The notes under the pieces are model-generated. The model was given only the letters and a program-made list of their open reading frames with translations. It was not told where the DNA came from and searched no databases. 37,274 nucleotides of DNA, from assembly GCA_900088475.1 (NCBI GenBank), contig FLMG01000464.1, positions 1-37,274 of the forward strand. The letters are read 5' to 3'. How positions within the stretch are numbered: the stretch's first letter is position 1; every line of letters starts with the position of its first letter. The DNA comes from Hyphochytrium catenoides (Eukaryota; Protista; Hyphochytriomycota). The position numbers were made by a program, and so were the translations under genes. Positions 21,891-32,500 of this stretch are shown here, one piece after another.

Positions 21891-24800
21891 ATGGAGTCGC
21901 CCGACAGTGTCGCGCAGGCGGAGAGAGAGACGGAGAAGGACGATGAAGCTCCGGGCCCTTTGCCAGGCCCCGGTATCTATCGGAAAGAAATTATGCGAGC
22001 CAAGACGTGCGGCCCAGGCCGATTGCACTGTAACAGAGGATTCACCGGAGGCTTAACTCACGCCTACTCTGTCTTCGGTGATTCTTTGACCCGCTTGACT
22101 GGTGAGGAAGACGGCATAGTCCACAGTTCCTCATTGATCTTTCATCTTTACGCAGTCGTTCGTCATGTGCACTATCTCCCTTCCATCTCGTACATGCCTA
22201 CCTTCTCTAGCGAAAAAGTGTGCTATCTTCTAATGCTCTTCTGCTGTTTTAAGGTCCCGAAGCAAACTTCGTGGGCTGGGTTATGTCGGCGGATGGAGTT
22301 CTCAGCCCGCAAGATGATGGAGAAGGAGAAAGCAGCCTCGCAAGCCCTACCAGTACTGCCAGAGAGGTAGAGTCTGATGAAGATTTGGGCCTAGAACCGA
22401 GCGACATGTCCAGAAGGGGTAGCTATGGATCGCGGCTCCTGATCAGGTTGGTGGGAATAATGAGAGAGCAACGTAGCACCTCATCGAACTCACAAGGATA
22501 GCTCTTATCGCTCTTACCAGCGGTGAGGATTCCGAGAGGGATGTAAGGCCTGTGGAGCAGCCCGCAGAACGAAAGAGTGAGGAGCCATTCTATGCTTTCC
22601 GGGTGAACAGGGCTAGCCTCGAAAGCGCCCTATCTTCTCTCTCTTCGCTGTCTGCGCCTCCTTCCGACGATGAAGAGGTGTGGGTCGTTCATAGCCCCAA
22701 AGGAGATCTGCTCGTTCGGTCAAACGAAGAGTTCCATCGGAGCTATGAAGCGAGAGATGGGTCTCAGGGCCACGAGTTTATGGAGAAGATAGCAAGCCGT
22801 CCACAATCGCCAGGTACGATCTACTTATTTCGCTAGACACATCCTGTTATAGCTGCGGTATACCCTTAAGCAGTTCCTCCTCTGCCAAAAGTGAGCTGCT
22901 TTCGTTGAGATCTAGTAAGTGTATTGCTCGACCTGGTGACACTCATATCTTTTTTCATTTAGACGCATCTGCGTCCCATGTGGGCATTATTACAAGCACC
23001 GAAATCCTGAAGCTGAACGGGGTGGTAGGTAATGCGTACGCCTCTGCACCTTTTCACAAGCATAATATCAGCCTGAGAGAGGCTGGCTTCAGAGAGATTC
23101 TGCAGCACTCGGAGGCCCTCGAAAAGCTAATACTTTACGACTTTAGCAAGATGATAGACGACTGGAACATAGATATGTTTGAGGTATGACGTCGGGGCGA
23201 TAGTGCTCATCTTATGACTGTGCTGGTTGCTTCTTGGCCCATCTAGCATGTATTTCCATTGTAACCTTAACGGATTTTGTTATTGGTTGAATTCCGAGAC
23301 TGTTGGGCACTCTGTAGCAACAGAGACCTTCATACTTGATCTTCCTGAACGATATAAACCTTGCTGCCTCCCTTTTTTCTATCTTAGGTGGCATCAATTA
23401 CTGGTGACTGCCCGATTGTCGCTCTCTCCTCGCAAGTATTCACTAAGCTGGATCTGTACTCGAAGCTGAACCTTAATGAAATCGTCTGCACAAACTTCTT
23501 CCGGGAGGTCGAGCGTGCTTACTTCCAGAACCCCTACCACAACTCTTTGCACGGAGCTGATGTGATGGTCTCCGTATACAATCTGATAACCAAGACTACT
23601 CTAGCCACTAAACTTACGGATGTCGAGATGTTTGCTCTAATCGTGGCGGGTGCTTCGCATGGTAAGGGTATCGCAATACTTCCATTATGAGGCGAAGCAA
23701 GGAGACAAGAGAATTGGAGAACTGCAATCCTTTTCCTTCGGGTCTTCCTTACTGTGCTTCTGCTGGCACCATTGCTGTCATCATTGATGTCATGCAGGGA
23801 TATATGAGTTATATGTCTTTCTTCTTGTCACTATTTATTGACATCGTAATGCTCTGACTTGCATTCTCTCATACTCCTTCCTCTGTACCTTGACAGATGT
23901 CGCCCATCCAGGCACAAACAATATCTTTCAAATCAAAAGCGGTGCTGCAGTAGCTCTTGAGTACAACGATGTATCTGTCCTAGAGAACTTTCATTGTTCT
24001 ATGACCTTCAAGCTGATGAGTCGGCCTGACCTGAATATTTTGAAAAGATTGAGGTCCGACAAGCGGTCGACGGCCAGGAAGATCATGATATCCGCCATTC
24101 TAGCGACTGACATGGCCAATCACGCATTCCACTTGGGGCAGTTCAAGTCGACGATAGGAAGAGGTAAGAATAACATTGTAGAAGGTATAGCGAGCTAGAA
24201 AGTTATGGCACGATGGAAAGGTGGCTTCAATAGAGGGCGTAAGAGCTAGGCAGGAACGCTGAGGGGTTTGAAGACTTGTCTATTTCTCTTCCAGGGGCTC
24301 AGCGTCCCGCCCAAAGTCCGGCTTTCACTAGGGATGCTATTCGGCTTAGGGGACTAGGGGCATAACATCCTCTTGGAGAATTGTTGGGCTTCTCTGATAG
24401 CGGTCTCCCTCTCAGATGTCTCTCCGTTCACGTTTGAAGAGAGGCTGATGGTCTTCAACGCAATCATGAAGTGTGCAGACCTCGCTCATGCGTCCAAGGT
24501 CCGGCGGCTGCACGTGAAATGGACCAAATTGTGTATGCAAGAGTTTATGGATCAGGTTTGGCCTCCTTCCCGTGCGACCTCATTAATGTTATGATTGTTA
24601 GTACGAGTCTCTGCTTTATTGAGGTGATGTCTCCTCTCGTCGTCCATAATCTAAGCCTTTGTTTGCAGGCTGAGAAGGAGAAGGCGTATGGTATTCCTGT
24701 CTCGATTAAGGTGGACTCTTCTCTGGAAGGCTATGCAAAGTCCCAAATTGGGTTTGTGCAGGTCTGCGTACTGGTAGGGCGATTGGTGGACCAATCCTTG

Positions 24801-25169
24801 CACAATATCTGACCCAAAGCATACTGCTCTTCACCTCTAGCCCCTGTTCTCGGCCTTCTCGGCGTTTACTGAGGACTCTGTTTGGGAATCACGAGTCGCT
24901 GAGAATCTGCATTTCTGGCAAAACTGGTACGAGAGTCTGTGAAGTGGATGACCGTATGCCACAACTCTATCGTTACTAATGTCACGTTATCTAGCAGTTC
25001 CAAAACTGGGAGGAGCGACATTCCGTTAACAGTGAAACGTAATTCCTTCAAGCTCGTGGCGCCGCCTGATTTCGAGTACATTCAAAGTGGACCAGGAAGA
25101 CGGCGCGTGAGGAGACAGCCCTCTGCACCAGCTGTTAGGCGGCAACCATCCATCCGCTCTGCCCAATAG
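21891..25169 (+). CDS. Class I 3',5'-cyclic-nucleotide phosphodiesterase (PDEase_I, HD domain), about 10 exons
   Basis: Spliced motifs DWNIDMF, NPYHNSLHGADV, ASH/DVAHPGTNN, YNDVSVLENFH, ILATDMANH, KCADLAH, EFMDQ/AEKEK and SQIGFV...PLF give the complete class I PDE signature. N-terminal exons 21891-22101, 22254-22446 and 22521-22812 join in frame. The start codon and last exon (24995-25169) are less certain. Confidence 0.92.
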
Positions 25170-25454
25170 AGAACAACACAGAAGACGTGACAGCCAGCAA
25201 ATATTTAGTATACAATTAACTTTGCCTCACCTCACCTGGCTTGTCCTGCTTGGCAGCAGACGGTGAAGCTAGGAGAAGTAGAGTACTAGTACTTCCCCAC
25301 TGTACGATATATATAATAAAAGCACCTCAGCCTTTAACCTCTAACATCTAGATGTTCTCATGGCCCTGGACGTTGCCATGTGGACACGGTGATACTAGAG
25401 CTTCTCACTCTTCCGTCGTCGCCCCTAATTCACCGGCCCCTCGAAGGGAAGTCG

Positions 25455-27631
25455 TTACGCCTTGCCGTAAGAGGTACCAAACCATCGGTCAATGTGTGAA
25501 ATGTCGACCTCTAGAACTAGACTCCGAACGACGAAGACGTGGCTTCTGCTCTTCACATTTTCTGCCTCTCGCTTTAGTGCCGCTAACTCTACTTTCACGC
25601 GACATTTGCCCATATCCTCCAGCTCACCTAAACAAGTGGAAGACCAAACACGTGAGAGAGAGAATTCAAGTGATTAACAGTACAATGATCAGAGAGCTAG
25701 AGAGGTACTGATTATTGAAGTCCAACTAGAGGATGCGAAAAAGGATTATAAGAAAAGGCCGCGGGCGCAACAAGAACATTCTCAAAATGCTTGGAAGACC
25801 AACAGGCGCAACACTGGGAGAATAAGAGTTGCATGGTGAACTTGAGATTGGAAGCAGGAGTCAAGATGGGGCACCTTGAAGGACATTGTCTTCAACTCCG
25901 GCCGCCTCAAAGTCGAAGGAGGAGTCTCTCGTTCCAAGTTCAGTTTCTCTGTTGTCTCTCATCACAAGCAGACGGGAGAAGCTCCAAAAAATCTCTAAGT
26001 GTTCATCCCAGACAGTGACGTCCAGGACTAAGGTCTGAGGGACACTGATGGTGACGGAGTCTGTTCGCAAAGAAACAAAGGGCGAGCCATGAAGAGACCG
26101 AGTGATGTCGCGCACATAACCCTGGGTGATAGTGGACGTTAAAGTCGTGTCAATAGTATAGAGGAGTTGGGAATAATAGCACGTCCAGACGAAGAGGGTA
26201 AGGGCCAGCCCAGGGAAGGTTGCGGCGAAAGAAGACGGTTGAAAGAGGCTGGACAGGCGTTGGAAGTGAGAGAAGAACCAAATGTTGAGACTGGTTTGCC
26301 CTGACTTACCGAGGGAGAGAGAAGAGAGAAAACACAAGTCTTGGCACCCTTTGTTATTTCCTCCACCTGTCCCTTCACTTCTCTGAACTCCCTCTCCCAA
26401 GCGTTTTGTCCCAGTGATCTGATGCCAACCACGATGTGGAAACGATGCAAGCCATACAGAGGGTCAACGTCGTCAAGAATAGGAGTATGAGGTACGGGAG
26501 TAGGAGAACTAAGCAGATGTATGATGTCTGCGAAGTGGACCAAAAGGAAAAGAGACAGAACTTCGTGATCTTCTCCCCATTCAGCAAGGATGATGGAAGA
26601 CGAGGTAGGAGGAGAAGGAGACGAGGAAGCCGTGCTGTCTTCCGTAAGGAGGAACTGATAGATATTGACCATCGTGCTGTCATTGCTCTTGACAAGCACT
26701 TTCCACTTGTTCTTCTCCTTTCCTCCAAATATCTCTCCTTTTCTGCTTTGCCTTCTAACGGTCTCTGCGCTTAATGGTTCTCCTCTCCTTCCCTGCCAGT
26801 TCTCTATAGCTACAAGTCTCCTTGTTCTCTTGACTAGCGAGGAAGAGACGTCAACGCTTATCTGGTTGCAGTCGTACGCAGAAAGTTTAGGAGGAACCTG
26901 GCACTTGAGGATGAGAGAGGAAGTAAAAAGCCGAAGCTCCCTCTTTTCTAGCACTTTGATCAGTTCTGTGGGGTTGTTTGACCAGGATGCATCTTTGTCT
27001 CCTCTGTCCCGTCCGATCTGAGCTAACTGGCATGGCTGTTGATTGATGGAAATGTCAAAAGTAGGGTCCAGCAGTTCAACTATCCTTTGTTGACTTTGGG
27101 CTAAGCCTTTGCCTTTGATGGACCTGACTCTTGACTCAAAAGATGGCAACGTTTTCTTGGTTGCTCGCTGCTTTTTCTCTTCCGATGGCGCCCTACTCAT
27201 TTTTGCTGAATGTTTCTCCCTGTTCATTGAATCCGAGTGATTACTAGTGCTGGAGGAGATCGACCCAAACGAGCATGTGGAAGAAGGGCGTGACGAGATG
27301 TCCTCTTTCTTTCCCACTAGCGCTTCCTCGTACTTGTCGACATTCCATTCTGGTCTGTCCTCTTGTTCACTAATGTAGGTATACGAAGTCAGGGTCTGGT
27401 ACCATGGCCCTTAATGGACTGCCTTTACCTCGTGAGGGTACTCTTTCGCTGAACTTGAAGTTTGGAGCTTCTCGCCGCAGCCACCTCCTCCCTTAACCGT
27501 GTGACACTTGGCCTTTGCTTCCTATTCATGGCACTTTGCTGACGTCTCGCCGCCCTTGGCTCTGAAGCTCTAATGGACGGGTATTGGAGACGATGGCACT
27601 GCAGTTGAGGAGACCTTGGAGAGAATAGCAT
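25455..27631 (-). CDS. FBXO15-like protein (C-terminal domain homology, no F-box seen), 4 exons
   Basis: Exons 27631-27429, 27369-26310, 26121-25875 and 25627-25455 join in frame. Motifs PHTPILDDVDPLYGLHRFHI, LDVTVWDEHLEIFWSFS and SLVLEVDISHIDRWFGTSY parallel remembered animal FBXO15 motifs (PHSPFLDDSPEYGLHGY, MDVTLLDEHGKPFWCFS, NLVLYLSIAKINHWFGTEY). The start could be the downstream MNRKQ. Confidence 0.8.
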
Positions 27632-28253
27632 CTGGTTAGAGGAGAAGCACTAGTCCAGAGAGAGAGAGCGTCCCAAAGCGCAGAGGGCAGCGCAAGGGCA
27701 GCGCCAGGGATGGCAATAGAGGGATCGAGGTGAAGCTGCTCAGGAGCTGAAGCTGCTCAGGAGCTGCTGGGAAGTGTGTTTCTCCTTTCATTCCTCTTAC
27801 ACCCCTTCATCTTCAATATGATAACTGCATGGCGGTTATCACATTGATGTCGTCACTCGCAAGCTGTCAAGGATCCTGAATAGTGAAGCCAATCGGAGGC
27901 TTTCTTCAAGATAACCACAGGAGGGTTTAGAAATAAAGAGCTTTAATGCTTTCTTAATGCAGATTTTACAAGAGATCTTTCTTTCAGTCTTTGAGAGCTT
28001 CTTTGCTGTAGATTTCTACATTTATTGAGAACCAAACGGCAATAAATCTGCAGATCGTCTGTCCAACCTGGGGACCGTCATTCCCAGCGGCTCTTCTTCT
28101 ACTTGTGCCCGCGCATACTGCACGATCCTTGAAGCTGAGTGCCAGAGCGCGTCCCTTTTTCTACTGTGCAGTTGGCATCTGTGATCAAAGAAGCGGAGCG
28201 CCTTCAATAAGATAAACTCCACCAGCGCTGCTTCCAACCTCCTCCTGGATAGT
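27632..28253. promoter_or_regulatory. Probable bidirectional promoter between the divergent FBXO15-like and V-ATPase F genes; includes a 17-bp tandem repeat TGAAGCTGCTCAGGAGC (27731-27764) and a CCAAT (~27889)
   Basis: Head-to-head gene arrangement, a T-rich stretch at ~27900-28030, and the repeat read directly. Confidence 0.45.
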
Positions 28254-29303
28254 ATGGCTGACATCTTAGATTCCACCAAGCTGGTGGCAGTGATTGGTGA
28301 TGAGGTAAGAGCTTTCTGCTTCAATGAAGGCGTCATCACCGCTGACTGTGCGAACAATTGCAGGACACAGTCACAGGGTTCATTCTAGCTGGCATTGGAC
28401 AGAGAACTGCCGAGTCATGCAACTACATGGTCGTCAAGTCAGGTATCCGGGGACATCTCATCTCTAACCTTATATAGTATCAGATTTGGCTATTAGGCTC
28501 TACTTTGTCTACCTCGTTCACGCATGGACTCATCTTTCTGTCTAATGCGGACGCCATGTAACAGAGACGCCTTTGTCAGCGGTGGAGAGTTTCTTCAAGA
28601 ATCTAATTGAACGACAAGACGTCGCCATCATCCTAATCAACCAGCATGTAAGATGTCATTGCATGAGGGCTTTGCCCATGTCTCCCATTAGATGAGCGCC
28701 GCGCTCTTCCTCTTTCAGTTTGCTACCTTTCCTGCCTCTATCTCGCACCAATCTCTTCCTCTTCTGATGTCTCCTTAATCTGCCTCTCACTCCTTCTGTC
28801 TATACCTCCTTAGGTAGCAGATGATATCCGGCATTTGCTGAACGACTATAACAAAACCATACCTACTATCCTTGAGATCCCAAGTAAAGACCAACCGTAA
28901 GTGGGATGCAAAAGTCCTTAACGGAATCTCTGCTATTCTCCTTCTGCCCACTTCATTCCCTGACTCGAGTATCTACTTTCACTTGCTAAATGCTCTTTGC
29001 TCCCTCTCCTGTTGATGTCTATACTTATCGCCTTGATTGCCTATGTCTCAGGGTTAGCGTCTTATCACTTCTCTCTGCATCTCTCTTTCTCTATCAAACG
29101 ATTATCTTGCTTTCGCGGGCTGTTCTGTTCGCTGCACAATGTAACAACCGATGTCTTCCTCTCGTTTGGATCGCTCTTCTGCTTATTTTATCATTGCACT
29201 TTCCTCTCTCGCTCTCATTCTCGGCTGACGGTCCACATCCAGGTATGACCCATCCAAGGACTACATTATGAAGCGAGTGAGCTTAATGTTAGGCGAGTCC
29301 TAA
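28254..29303 (+). CDS. ATP6V1F: V-type proton ATPase subunit F, 5 exons (not in the ORF track)
   Basis: Exons 28254-28304, 28364-28442, 28565-28647, 28814-28896 and 29243-29303 give MADILDSTKLVAVIGDEDTVTGFILAGIG...DVAIILINQHVADDIRHLL...[32 protein letters not shown]. These are the diagnostic VMA7/ATP6V1F motifs. Confidence 0.97.
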
Positions 29304-29573
29304 CTGTGTACATTCTTCAGTAAATACGTCTGTAACTACAAGAGCAGCATCCCTGTCCGTGGATCTCCTTATTGTCCAAGAGACCCCTATCTCTACGTCC
29401 AAAACCCTGGGTGGAAGTTATCCACACTTCTTCGGTGCGGCCATCCACTCTGGGAAGTTCCATGATAGGCGCTGCCGGGAACAAAAGGGCTTGACCATGT
29501 GTGTAGGGAATGGAAGGGGAGGTGAATGGTCTCGCATTCGGCACGTGAAATGAAGGCTGCTTGAGCGTAGGAA

Positions 29574-32500
29574 TCATTCTTTCTCGGCGAATGCTAGCTT
29601 CCGCTCCATCTTCTCTATCTTGCTTTCAACAGCGTCTCCGTAGGCAAAGACAGCCGTGGATATAATTTTCTTGACTTTGGCCACTAGCTCTTCATCCCTT
29701 CCATTATGCGTCAAAAAGTCCTTATAGATTTTGGGCACCAAAGTCTCAGCAAGACGCTGAGATTCCAGTGCGTGCGTTAGCAGCGTCTCATAGGTCCGGT
29801 ACGAAGGCTCGAGACCCTGAAGACCCATATAGAAGGCTTTCAGTTGTCGAGTAAACTGAGCACATCTTAAAGCACGATAAAAGAGGACCGGCCCAAGAGA
29901 GAAATGAGGGGAAACTGGTGTTGGGAAAACTGCGGGACCTTCGCAACAAGAGACTCAAGCTAACAATGCCATCGATTCCCAACATCATGCATCTACTTGG
30001 CTCTTACCTCCTGTCGCATGTCTGAGAGCTTCTCAGCAGCTTCGCCGACGAGCCCACACCGTCCCAAGGCGTCTAAGTATTCGTTCCAATCCCTGACAGA
30101 TAAGGGGAGGAAGTCTTGTCGAACCTTCATCTCCTCCCAGGTCGCCTGTAGTTTACTCCTAAGTTTCGTCCTGCCGTACAACTTCAAGAGTATCGAGAAG
30201 GTCTTCTTATTGGTTCCTTTGGCCCTAACTGCGCTGCCTGAGTGCCCTTCATCTCTCTTCCCATCCCTTTCTGCCTCTTCTTGCTCCAAGGTCTGCATAG
30301 TTCCCTCCTTCATCAGCTGGACCACCTTCTCCGCCATAGTGAGGTTGGAGAGCTGAATCGCATACCGCCAAAGAAGGTCATTGCAGACGTTGAGAGGAGG
30401 AAGATGAGGCAAGTGCTGAAGGCTCTGAAAGAAATTGTCTAGTTTTTCTCTATAGTCCTTGTCTGCAACTTTTAAACTCCTGAAGTAGGATACAAAGGAT
30501 TCGTTTAGGGGTAACCTCATCTGTTGGAGAATGTCTCTAGCATAGTTCAGGAACATCCGTAGCTGACATAGCGCCACCTCGGCAAAATGTTGGAGAAAAA
30601 GAGACCCGAGGAGGCGATGACAGGGAGGATGGAAGAAGGAGAACTGAACGGTCACAAATGCGTGGCTTTGCTTACCTGAGGTAGGTCTGATAGGCTCGGG
30701 CGGTGTATCTGTCAGAATTATCTCCCTCAGTCTCACGCTCTTCCTCTCCGCTTTCTCTTTCTTTTGCCAGAAGCTGACCTAAAGAAGTAACTAGGTCCTT
30801 CCGTCTGATCGTAGCTGCCGAAATTGTGAAGAGCTTAAGTGCAGATAGGGATAGACTACTCCAGTCGCTGAAGGAAGAGGAAATGAGTGCCTTAAGCACG
30901 CGACATACTCCAGGAGACGAGCCAGGATTATCCAGATGGCGATAAGGCTAAAGATGCACGGCGTTAGTAGATGAACTCTTCCAATGTCCCTCCCAGAATA
31001 GCCGATCATGCCACGCCCACGGGCAACTATCGCCTTGCCTGCGGTGAGCCGCACCACTTAATAGACACGCCTTTTCTCTCTCTCCACCGCCCTTTCTCTC
31101 TCTCCACCGGTGGCTGTTGTTTGCCTCTTTTACCTTCAATAGTGAGTCAATCACTGCTGGATCAGTTATTATGTTCTTTTGACTAAGTATCTCTAACAGC
31201 TTTTCCATGAGACGTGCGGCCTCCGACTTTTCCATTTGTCCTATTGCTTCAGCTAGATCCACCAGGAGATCCTAGACCAGCGAGGTCGTCAACATTAGTA
31301 CAGGTAGCCAGAATAAAGGAGCTTTGCCAGTAAGACACAAGAACGGGGCAATTGCGCTTTCTGTGACGCATGAGCAGGAAGCAACGGAGCCTCAATAGCA
31401 GACGTGGGCCCGAATATCAAATGAGCAGCATAATCACGGAGCTCTGTAAGGTCACCAATCGAAGAAACAACTCCATTGTTGGAAGATCCATCACCGTTCA
31501 ACCAATGGCCATGTCTCTCCTCCCTCTCTAGAGCAGCCGCGAAGGAATGTATGCACTTTACCTGGTCGACGTCCGCCCAGTCAACCTCTAACCTCATTCT
31601 TCGAAGCATCTCAACCGCTACTCCCACTCTTCCTGCCTGGAGGTTGATCCTCATGAGGGCTTGGAAGGTTCTTCGATTCTTTTTGAGACCTCTCTTTGCT
31701 CGCCCCTCAGCTTTCCGCTCTACAGCTTTGTGGAGCGCCAAAATCTCATTGGCCGTCTCTACATCCCCCGTTGGGACACAGGCCTCAAGCCCGAGATTGA
31801 AAGGCTGGACCACGTCCAAATGAGGGACAAATCAGTTAAAACTGGGCCCAGGTGAGAGTCCGGGATGGAAAAGACAGTCTCACTCGTGAGGGCCAGCGAA
31901 TATTCAGATAATAATAACAAGCAAGCCATTAGGTACTCCACGGGAAGGCAGAAACAACACATTCATCCATGTAAACGAAGTCCCAGCTCCTGAAGAGAGA
32001 CAATGAGACTAAGAGAGAGTGAGAGACAGAGCTGCGTAATAAAAGTCGGACATTGCCGCGCAGATAAACGCGAAGAACTATGTAGTCTCTCTTACCCCTG
32101 CCATCAAGCGCAAGTTTAGGTCCACCATCGTCTGTAAGACCCTTAAAACATCTTTGGGCCGTCCCAGTCGACTGTTAGCCTTGACCAGAGTCATAAGTGG
32201 GGCAAGGTCTATCGGGATCGATCGTGCGCCCATCTCCTCGATCAGATCGTAACCCTCTGCCACGGAGAGATGAGAGAAAGAGAGGGAAGATGGACCATGT
32301 CATTGACAATATAGGAGCCTATACTCAAGTAGAACCCTCAATCTGTGAGGGAAGAATATAAAGGTATAGGGAGGATACCTTGTAGTCGTCCTGCAGAGGC
32401 ATACGCCTCTAAAGCTGCTGAGTACGAGAACTTGTCTGCGCCTATGTCGTCTCCTGGAAGTTCTCTTTCCCACAATTTATCTAGGATCTCTCTAACCTGC

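Noticed and set aside
28022-28357. 111-aa minus-strand ORF
   Set aside because: It is antisense to V-ATPase F exon 1 and its promoter, has a non-ATG start, and no homology was recognised.
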